The notes beneath the pieces were generated by a model. The model made no database searches. It worked only from the letters and a program-made list of their open reading frames with translations, and was not told the DNA's origin. Source: Candidatus Gastranaerophilales bacterium (GTDB lineage: Bacteria > Cyanobacteriota > Vampirovibrionia > Gastranaerophilales > Gastranaerophilaceae). From it: 64,000 nucleotides of DNA. Shown here in pieces: positions 57,287 to 64,000 of the stretch. The stretch is from NCBI GenBank assembly GCA_905235155.1, contig CAJOKJ010000014.1:247-64246 (forward strand), in the 5' to 3' direction. The position numbers were made by a program, and so were the translations under genes. The stretch's first letter is position 1; the number at the start of each line of letters is the position of its first letter.

Positions 57287-58012
57287 TTATTGTCTGCCTA
57301 CGTATGTTCCGATTTTTTCTCCCAAAATAATTTTTTTGATAGCGTCTTTTGCTTTGAAATCAAAAACTATTATAGGAATATTATTTTGCTGACACAAATC
57401 ACAAGCGGATCTGTCCATAACTTTCAAATCGTGTTTTATAATCTCGTCATAATCTATATTTTCAAGTTTTTTTGCATCCTTGTTTACATTAGGGTCGTCT
57501 GTGTAAACACCGTCAACACCGTTTTTTGCCATAAGCATAATTTGTGCATCAATTTCAGATGCTCTTAATGCACTTGCCGTATCAGTTGTAAAAAATGGAT
57601 TTCCTGTTCCTGCGGCAAAAATAACAACCCTGCTTTTTTCAAGATGTCTTATTGCTTTAAATCTTATGTAAGGTTCTGCTATTTGGTTCATATCAATTGC
57701 GGTTTGAACTCTGCAAGATACTTTGATTTTTTTTAATGCAGATTGAAGTGCTATTGCATTCATTACGGTTGCCAGCATTCCCATATAATCTCCGGAAGCT
57801 CTGTCCATGCCTAATCTCGCACTGTTTTTCATGCCTCTGAAAATATTTCCGCCACCAACTACTACGGCAACTTCCACACCCATATCGTGAATTTGTTTTA
57901 TTTCTTGTGCTATAAATTCGACCGGTTTATAATCAATACCGAATTGTTGCTCTCCTAACAATGCTTCACCGCTTATTTTCAGCAAAATTCTTTTATATTT
58001 TAGTTCTTTCAT
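57287..58012 (-). CDS. pyrH: UMP kinase
   Basis: [13 protein letters not shown] ... [10 protein letters not shown] ... amino-acid-kinase fold. Confidence 0.95.
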   Translation of the reverse strand: MKELKYKRILLKISGEALLGEQQFGIDYKPVEFIAQEIKQIHDMGVEVAVVVGGGNIFRGMKNSARLGMDRASGDYMGMLATVMNAIALQSALKKIKVSCRVQTAIDMNQIAEPYIRFKAIRHLEKSRVVIFAAGTGNPFFTTDTASALRASEIDAQIMLMAKNGVDGVYTDDPNVNKDAKKLENIDYDEIIKHDLKVMDRSACDLCQQNNIPIIVFDFKAKDAIKKIILGEKIGTYVGRQ

Positions 58013-58101
58013 ACAGACTCCTTAAATAAATCGTACATTAAATATAAACTCATGTAAAGCACGATTTTACAAATTCAGACATTTTATGTTATATCAGGAG
58101 T

Positions 58102-58938
58102 ATGTTATACTTAATAATTGCAACAATTTGTTTTTCTTTGTCGTTTGGGCTTATAAAAGAACAATTAAGCATTTTACCCAGCGAATTTGTGGTATTTTGC
58201 AGACTTTTAATTGCATTTTTAATTTTTCTGCCTTTTACAAAAATGTTACAAGTAAAAAAGCATTTAGTAGCGTTTTTTATAGGAATGATACAATTTGGTT
58301 TAATGTATTTGCTGTTTATTAAAGCTTTTAAGTTTTTGCAAGGTAATGAAATTGCGATTTTAACAACTACAACTCCTGTCTTTGTTGCTGTTTGGTCAAG
58401 TGTTTTCGGAGAAAAATTTAAACCTGTTTATATATTTTGTATTCTTATGTCAGTAATAGGTGCAGGAATTATAGTTTGGAATAATATGACTTTTAATATG
58501 ATTGTAAAGGGCGTTTTGTTAATGGAAAGTTGCAATTGCAGTTTTGCACTTGGTCAAGTTTTGTGGAAAAAATTTGTTGGTGATAATGATGTGAACTTAA
58601 TGTCAAGTGCATATTTAGGTGCTTTTTTGTTTGTTTTGCCGTTTAGTTTACTTGCAGTTGATTTTACAAATATTGTTTTAACAAAAGGACAAATTTTTTC
58701 AATATTATATTTGGCTATAATTCCGACAGGTATTGGTTTTTGGTTATGGAATAAAGGTGCGGAAAAAGTTAAATATTCAACACTTGCCATTATGAACAAT
58801 TTAAAAATACCGTTAGGAGTAATTTTCGCAATATTTATCTTTCACGAAAAAATTAATATGCTGAATTTTATTTTAGGTTCAGCAGTAATTTTGTTCGCAA
58901 TATTAATACTTCAATTTGTTTTGAAACGTGAAAATTAA
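58102..58938 (+). CDS. EamA/DMT-superfamily transporter
   Basis: 10 hydrophobic segments arranged as two EamA-like halves. 278 aa. Confidence 0.7.
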   Translation: MLYLIIATICFSLSFGLIKEQLSILPSEFVVFCRLLIAFLIFLPFTKMLQVKKHLVAFFIGMIQFGLMYLLFIKAFKFLQGNEIAILTTTTPVFVAVWSSVFGEKFKPVYIFCILMSVIGAGIIVWNNMTFNMIVKGVLLMESCNCSFALGQVLWKKFVGDNDVNLMSSAYLGAFLFVLPFSLLAVDFTNIVLTKGQIFSILYLAIIPTGIGFWLWNKGAEKVKYSTLAIMNNLKIPLGVIFAIFIFHEKINMLNFILGSAVILFAILILQFVLKREN

Positions 58939-58941
58939 ACT

Positions 58942-59079
58942 TTATTTTTTAGATTTGTTTTCTCCATTTGCTTGTTGGTCGATATGTTCTTGCAATAAAT
59001 CAACAATTATTGCTTCAAAAGCTTTTGGATTTGCCATTGAAATTGCTTTCATGGAACTGTATAGTTCAGGGTTTTTCAT
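58942..59079 (-). CDS. Possible small ORF, 45 aa (MKNPELYSSMKAISMANPKAFEAIIVDLLQEHIDQQANGENKSKK)
   Basis: Below the track length cut-off and found by eye. No convincing SD, no known motif. Confidence 0.2.
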   Translation of the reverse strand: MKNPELYSSMKAISMANPKAFEAIIVDLLQEHIDQQANGENKSKK

Positions 59080-59294
59080 GTATTATTTTTAATATTTTCA
59101 AGAATTTTTGAATTTAAAGCATTTATTATCATATTGACCTTATAATTAAGCAACGTAAAGTATTTGTTTTTATTATATAAACTTTTTTTTAACATTAATT
59201 AATAAAACTTGTTATTTTTGTTTTTTTTTTATACACTTTATCATATAAAGCTGTAAGTATAAAAAGATTTTATATTAAAAAAAAGGAGAAAAAA

Positions 59295-60695
59295 ATGAAA
59301 GTACTTAAAACAGTAGTTGCAACAGCAGCAACATTAATGGTTGCTTCAAGTGCATTTGCAGCAGACGTTACAAAAGTTCAAGCGTATGCTCACCCAACAA
59401 TGTTTGGTTCATCAGTTCAATCTCAACAAGGTGAAGGATACTACCTTATTGGTGACAAAATGTTAAAAGCAGCAAATGCTTTGACAGTAAAAGAAAAAGC
59501 AAATGTTCTTATCGAATCATCTGCTCAAGATATTTTATCTGTATTAAAAGCAAATGCAAAAGATTTATTTAACCCACATACACCTGTTCTTCGTTCAGAA
59601 ATGGCAGTTGCTTTGGTTGAAGGTTTAGGAATCCCTTATTCAACTCCTAAATACCAATACAAAGATATGAATAAATCTCACTGGGCTTACAAATGGATTG
59701 AAGAAGCTTTAGGTGCAAACGTTATGATTGGTTACAAAGAAGACCAAACATTCCGTCCTGACCAAAAAATTACAAAAGCAGAAGTATTTGCAGTATTGGC
59801 ACAATTAATGGACGCTCCTGTTAATGCCGGTGAAATTCCTGCATTTAAAGGTAAAACAATGCAAGAAATCCCTAACTGGGCTACAAATCCTGCAAAAGAA
59901 GTTGTTAATTCAGGTATCTTAGATTCAGTTCCAGACCCTGAAAAAGTTGCTTCTGAAAAATATTTAACAACTGAACAAGTTGCATACTTAGTATCAGCAT
60001 TAAGTGTTAATAAATACTACAATGTAAAATATGTTGCTAAAGCTTGTGCTTGCGGTTCTGTAAAAGTTAAAATGACAGAAAGAGTTGATGCAAGACACGC
60101 TAACATTGGTGATACATTCTATGCAGTAACAACAGAAGATGCAACAGTTGCAGGTACAGCATTTGCAGCAGGTTCAAAATTAAAAGGTGAAGTTGTACAA
60201 GTTAGCAGACCAGGTGTTAAAAATCCGGGTTATATCAAAATCAGATTTGTTCAAATCAAAAATGGTGATTGTGTTGTTGACTTCCCTGTAAATGTTGCAA
60301 ACGCTAGTGTAACAGAAGAAAAAACAACAAATGTTGTAGCAAGATTCTTTGCTGCTCCTTTCTCAGCAGCAGGCAGAGTTGGTGCAGTTGCAGGCAGATC
60401 AGCAGCAGCAGCAGCAGTAGAAACAGCAAATGATTATGAAAGACTTGCTGATAACTACTCTAACGTTTTTGCTAACACATTGTCATTACAACCAATGGCC
60501 GGTTTAAGAAGTTTTGGTAAATCATTCTTAACAGTTGGTTACTATGTATACGATATTGCTAAATTAGCAGTAAGCGGAACATTTGGTGTTCTTTATGAAT
60601 TTGGTGACGAAGTTAGATACTTAATTTTACCAAGTTCAACTCAAGATTCAGCATTGAATCCTGGCGATGAAATGACAGTTGTTTACAACAAATAA
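59295..60695 (+). CDS. Secreted SLH-domain envelope protein
   Basis: Sec signal MKVLKTVVATAATLMVASSAFA/AD. SLH-like segment HWAYKWIEEALGANVMIGYKEDQTFRPDQKITKAEVFAVLAQL. Codon usage and the AAGGAG SD suggest high expression. A terminator follows. Confidence 0.75.
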   Translation: MKVLKTVVATAATLMVASSAFAADVTKVQAYAHPTMFGSSVQSQQGEGYYLIGDKMLKAANALTVKEKANVLIESSAQDILSVLKANAKDLFNPHTPVLRSEMAVALVEGLGIPYSTPKYQYKDMNKSHWAYKWIEEALGANVMIGYKEDQTFRPDQKITKAEVFAVLAQLMDAPVNAGEIPAFKGKTMQEIPNWATNPAKEVVNSGILDSVPDPEKVASEKYLTTEQVAYLVSALSVNKYYNVKYVAKACACGSVKVKMTERVDARHANIGDTFYAVTTEDATVAGTAFAAGSKLKGEVVQVSRPGVKNPGYIKIRFVQIKNGDCVVDFPVNVANASVTEEKTTNVVARFFAAPFSAAGRVGAVAGRSAAAAAVETANDYERLADNYSNVFANTLSLQPMAGLRSFGKSFLTVGYYVYDIAKLAVSGTFGVLYEFGDEVRYLILPSSTQDSALNPGDEMTVVYNK

Positions 60696-60712
60696 TTAAT
60701 CATTTTATAGAT

Positions 60713-60746
60713 AAAAAGACCTCGATTTAATCGGGGTCTTTTTTTG
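60713..60746 (+). terminator. Intrinsic terminator
   Basis: AAAGACCTCGAT-tta-ATCGGGGTCTTT followed by a T-run. Confidence 0.85.
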
Positions 60747-60837
60747 TTACATTTGATTTACAAATACAAAAATTATGACAACATTTTTGTTTTATAAGTC
60801 TTTATCTAATTAGATTAGTGTAAAACAAGGGAATGCT

Positions 60838-62511
60838 GTGATTAATTTAATAGGTTTAAATAATGTAATTAAACCTGCTAAAACAACTCAAAACAATATC
60901 AGCGGTTTTAGATATGCTATGACATCTCTTAAAGCCGATACTTTTGAGCGTTCAAATCATGCAGAAAACAAATCAAATGTTACTTGTCCTATTAGTTTTG
61001 CAGGAAAATCAAACAGGTTAAAAGAGTATAAAAAGGTCACAGAAACACTAAATCAAACGGCACAAAACGCTCAAACAGCATTAAACGGACAACTTGCATC
61101 TGACGGTTGGGCAGGTAAAGTTGCTGATGGTATAAGCGTTTTATGGAATTCAAAAAACAGAGCAACTCTTGTTCAGGCTGATATTGACAGTTATAAAGAA
61201 CAGGTAAATTCGCTTGAAAATTCGATTAAAGATGATAAATTTACAGATAAATTTAAAGAAATGTTTGATGTTGAATTTAATCATGCGAATGTTGTTCGTT
61301 ACAAGAAAAAATCTGAACAACTTACGTCGGCTGTATCTGCGGATGCAACTGCAAAAATTATTGAAAGTAAATTATCAAATAATATAAAAACATATAACAA
61401 ATTGTCGGGTAACTTATCAGATATTACAGAAAGAAAATATATACCAACAGTAATGACAGGTTGTGTTCCATATTATGACCAAGTAACAACAAAAGAAGAA
61501 ATTTTTGAAAATATGGAAAATTCGCTGGCAGATATTTTAGGTGATAAAAAAGTATTAAATTCCGTACTTTCAGCAGGCGGAACGGATGTTGAAAAAGCAA
61601 GTAATGAAGAAAAATATAAAGCTTACGGATTTATTGCAAATTTCCTTGTTGAGTCTTCAAAAGAAACCGCAAAGGAATGTGCAAAGGGTCAAGCTTTAGA
61701 ACAGATTAAAACAGATTATGACAAGGCTTATGAAAAGGCTTATGGAACAAAAAATAATATTCAAAAACGTGTAGATAAATATTGTCGTTCGCAAGAAATT
61801 GGTGCAGCAGCAGTCAGAGGTGTTACACGTTCTGCACTTGCAATAGTTACAACTTTATTAAATCCTCCAACAGGTATGGCAAAAGTTACGTTTAATTCTG
61901 CAATGACATTTGGAATAAAAGTTGCTGTTGACGGTTCTGACAAATTAACAAATGACATTGATAATTCGGTTGATTTTAATTCAAAGGCAGTAAAAAAACT
62001 TGTAAGAAGTGCTGCTATTAGTGCTGCGGAAAAATTTGCAACGGGTAGTGCAGGTATGTTTATACCAAAATTTGATACAGGAAATGAAACTTTAGATTTT
62101 GCATTAAATCAGGGTAGAAATATTATTATTGATACAACTTGCGGTATGACATCAGAAAAATTAAAACAAGGTAAATGGGCTAAAAATCAGATTTTACCAC
62201 GTATGATTATTTCTGCTGTATTTAAAAATTTAAAATCAGACAGTGATATTGTAAATGATTTATTGTCAATGACAAAAGGTGGCATAAACCAAGTAATGAA
62301 AAAATCAACAAGAAGTTATGAATACGTAAAAACATTTGTAGCCGGAACTCGCCAAGTTTTAGAAGAAAATTATAAACAGGATAGTCAAACATTTGCAGAT
62401 TTGAAAAAATTAGCGGATGAAAATCCAGAAAAATATGAAAAATTAATGATAGAAATGTTACAATTAGAAATTGATGAACGTGCAGAAGAAGGAAAAAAGG
62501 AAGTAAAATAA
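60838..62511 (+). CDS. Hypothetical 557-aa protein sharing an N-terminal module with the HExxH protein
   Basis: GTG start preceded by AAGGGA. N-terminus MINLIGLNNVIKPAKTT...ADTFERS parallels MDNMQVNNVGSVKAPQTAKTT...PDTFEKS of 24765-26576. The rest is helical and Lys/Ala-rich. Confidence 0.6.
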   Translation: MINLIGLNNVIKPAKTTQNNISGFRYAMTSLKADTFERSNHAENKSNVTCPISFAGKSNRLKEYKKVTETLNQTAQNAQTALNGQLASDGWAGKVADGISVLWNSKNRATLVQADIDSYKEQVNSLENSIKDDKFTDKFKEMFDVEFNHANVVRYKKKSEQLTSAVSADATAKIIESKLSNNIKTYNKLSGNLSDITERKYIPTVMTGCVPYYDQVTTKEEIFENMENSLADILGDKKVLNSVLSAGGTDVEKASNEEKYKAYGFIANFLVESSKETAKECAKGQALEQIKTDYDKAYEKAYGTKNNIQKRVDKYCRSQEIGAAAVRGVTRSALAIVTTLLNPPTGMAKVTFNSAMTFGIKVAVDGSDKLTNDIDNSVDFNSKAVKKLVRSAAISAAEKFATGSAGMFIPKFDTGNETLDFALNQGRNIIIDTTCGMTSEKLKQGKWAKNQILPRMIISAVFKNLKSDSDIVNDLLSMTKGGINQVMKKSTRSYEYVKTFVAGTRQVLEENYKQDSQTFADLKKLADENPEKYEKLMIEMLQLEIDERAEEGKKEVK

Positions 62512-62512
62512 A

Positions 62513-63016
62513 ATGTCATCCAATATGACAATAGGATTAAGACCACATCATTTTTTATGCCTTCCGGGTTATAAAGGGTATAATTATAATCAAGACCAAG
62601 TAAGCAGTTGGGATAAAATTTCAAAACAATTAAAAGAAAATCCTAATACAGATATTTTAATTTTAAGCGGCAAAGATGATTTATGTAAAAAATGTCCTAA
62701 CGACGGCAAAGGTACAGCTGTATGCAGAGATAATTCTGTTAACGAACTTGATAAAAAAGTTCAATTTTTAATTGGTGTTGAAACAGGTAAAAAATATAAA
62801 TTTAGCGAAATAATGCGTAGAATGCAATGGGTTATGACACCTGAAGTGCATGAAAGTTTATGTTCAAGTTGTTCTTGGTGGCAAAAAGGCTTGTGCCATG
62901 ACACATTTAACCCTGAAAATAAAACTCCGTTCTTGTCGTTGACTTCAAATGGAAAAATAGGTAAAATTGACCCGTCAGCATTAACTTATGTTCCGCCAAC
63001 TAAAAAAGCAGCATAA
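62513..63016 (+). CDS. DUF1284-like Cys-rich protein
   Basis: RPHHFLCLPGYKGYNY opening plus CKKCPNDGKGTAVC and CSSCSWWQKGLC clusters. ATG lies 1 nt after the upstream stop. Confidence 0.6.
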   Translation: MSSNMTIGLRPHHFLCLPGYKGYNYNQDQVSSWDKISKQLKENPNTDILILSGKDDLCKKCPNDGKGTAVCRDNSVNELDKKVQFLIGVETGKKYKFSEIMRRMQWVMTPEVHESLCSSCSWWQKGLCHDTFNPENKTPFLSLTSNGKIGKIDPSALTYVPPTKKAA

Positions 63017-63042
63017 TATTTAATAGAATATAACATTTTACA

Positions 63043-63070
63043 AAAACTGATATTTAAAGATATCAGTTTT
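63043..63070 (+). terminator. Intrinsic terminator
   Basis: AAAACTGATAT-ttaaag-ATATCAGTTTT: an 11-bp stem whose 3' arm ends in TTTT. Confidence 0.75.
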
Positions 63071-63126
63071 GATAGTGCTTTTGGCTTTTTTATTATTGAT
63101 AAAATATTTAGCAAAAGGCAAATATA

Positions 63127-63155
63127 TAGACAAATTGTTTTAAATTTTATATAAT
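63127..63155 (+). promoter_or_regulatory. Sigma70-type promoter for the small-peptide transcript
   Basis: TAGACA (63127-63132), 17 nt, TATAAT (63150-63155). Confidence 0.55.
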
Positions 63156-63227
63156 TGCTCTGGGTAGTACGTGCCTGCTTCTGATACACGAGCACTAAGT
63201 TAATTGGTCAGAAAGGGGGTAAAAACT

Positions 63228-63302
63228 ATGGTTGACAAAATAATAATGCTACTAATCGTAGCGACGCTATTCATAGTAGCATTAAAATTATTCAACTTAT
63301 AG
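63228..63302 (+). CDS. 24-aa hydrophobic peptide MVDKIIMLLIVATLFIVALKLFNL (type I toxin-like)
   Basis: Strong SD AAAGGGGG lies 8 nt upstream of the ATG. Single TM-length hydrophobic core. Flanked by a 5' UTR hairpin (63165-63197) and a 13-bp 3' hairpin. Confidence 0.45.
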   Translation: MVDKIIMLLIVATLFIVALKLFNL

Positions 63303-63313
63303 GGTACTAAGTC

Positions 63314-63346
63314 AAGCCTTAAAGAAGTAGCATTTCTTTAGGGCTT
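63314..63346. other. 13-bp stem-loop immediately downstream of the peptide ORF (transcript end and/or antisense RNA structure)
   Basis: AAGCCTTAAAGAA-gtagcat-TTCTTTAGGGCTT (one G:U pair). No canonical U-tract on either strand. Confidence 0.5.
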
Positions 63347-63572
63347 GCCCCTATGCTTACATTATTTACGATTTCACCCTATTTGTCAACCCTAAGTGAT
63401 AATTTACGACTAAATTTCTTTGTCAACAAAATTTTTAATATTATCAATAAAATCTGCAAAATCTTTTTCATAAATATTCCTTTTATGATAAGATTAACAA
63501 TTTTTATTATAAAAAAGTATTGAAAAGGTCTATTTACATATAATTGAATACATTTATAAAAAGTATTTATTC

Positions 63573-64000
63573 TTATAATATAACATCGCCTTGTCTGAAT
63601 ATTGTTATACCTTTTGGTGAAATTCCTGCAACGGTTGAAGCTCTGCCTTGTGCTTTTTCGCCGTAATCTTCTACTACCAAATCAACTTTATCACCTATGT
63701 ATTTAACAGCTTCCTCATAAGTTAAGGCGGCAGGCTCGTTTGAAAGGTTTGCACTTGTTGTTGCAAGTACATGCCCGTCTATTAAATTACAAATTTGTGC
63801 AAAAGTCTTATTATTTGGAACTCTTATGCCAACAGTTTCCAATCCGCTTGTAATATAATCAGGTGTATTATCCGATTTATTTACAACAAGTGTTAATGCA
63901 CCGGGAAAATGTTTATGTATAAGTTCGTTTGCAAGTATTGATAACGGTTTTACATATTTTCGTAAATGTTTATCGCTATCAGACATTAAGATTAAGGGTT
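63573..64000 (-). CDS. tsaC: L-threonylcarbamoyladenylate synthase, YrdC-domain (TsaC type), 5'-truncated by window edge
   Basis: Frame stays open upstream of the track Met to the window end (..PLILMSDSD..). FPGALTLVV ... GIRVPNN ... LATTSANLSNEP are YrdC/Sua5 motifs. No Sua5 C-terminal domain. Confidence 0.8.
   Translation of the reverse strand, partial: PLILMSDSDKHLRKYVKPLSILANELIHKHFPGALTLVVNKSDNTPDYITSGLETVGIRVPNNKTFAQICNLIDGHVLATTSANLSNEPAALTYEEAVKYIGDKVDLVVEDYGEKAQGRASTVAGISPKGITIFRQGDVIL

Noticed and set aside
62986-63195. Track ORF of 69 aa on the minus strand spanning the DUF1284 stop, its terminator and the small-peptide promoter.
   Set aside because: It has a GTG start, no SD and hydrophobic AT-driven composition, and it runs across a terminator hairpin and a promoter. 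It is better explained by those elements.

Overview
The window is AT-rich bacterial chromosome, tightly packed and mostly housekeeping. My guess is an uncultured low-GC diderm lineage such as gut Melainabacteria. The hints are efp-accB-accC linkage, an SLH-domain envelope protein and pilin-like ORFs, so this placement is low confidence.

Main blocks:
- Positions 1-5277: a cysteine/methionine block of cysK, a SAM-methyltransferase, a cystathionine gamma-lyase-type gene, a CBS/CysK-type gene and an NhaC-family transporter.
- Positions 5.5-23 kb: mixed genes including thiL, fabI, an orphan MalK-like ATPase, a degenerate histidine kinase, a GGGtGRT/NifU-like pair, a nucleotidyltransferase with a mini-kinase, MarR, hemolysin III, tag and one tRNA-Lys.
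- Positions 23.6-34.7 kb: mostly lineage-specific proteins (a membrane-anchored Hsp20, a 603-aa HExxH protein, N/Q-rich proteins), interrupted by mnmE-ribE-ribBA.
- Positions 33.8-58 kb: a 24-kb minus-strand block. It runs pyrH-frr-cdsA-rnc-rpe-rsgA-polyprenyl synthase-DUF212-pilin-like-efp-accB-accC-TPR-proS-HIT-two speE-like genes-murF-mraY-murD-ftsW-murG-folC-pxpA-yvcK.
- Positions 59-63 kb: an SLH protein, a 557-aa unknown and a DUF1284 protein. The window ends inside a YrdC-domain gene.

I found no CRISPR array, transposase, integrase or recognisable riboswitch.

The most interesting signals are:
1. A Cys-codon-rich 26-aa leader ORF plus terminator that looks like a cysteine-sensing attenuator in front of a Met-to-Cys operon.
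2. Tandem speE-like paralogs, each missing different canonical aminopropyltransferase residues, placed directly upstream of murF.
3. A promoter, structured 5' UTR, 24-aa hydrophobic peptide and hairpin module with convergent antisense promoters, which looks like a type I toxin-antitoxin.
4. A Q/P-rich protein split by a 97-bp tandem duplication.
5. Two large proteins with no signal peptide that share a roughly 40-aa N-terminal module.
6. A histidine-kinase homolog lacking the phospho-acceptor His, translationally coupled to the orphan ABC ATPase.

Five genes carry frameshifts or disruptions, two of them clearly at homopolymer runs. Assembly error must therefore be excluded before any of them is called a pseudogene. 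Small non-coding coordinates were read by eye and may be off by a base or two.
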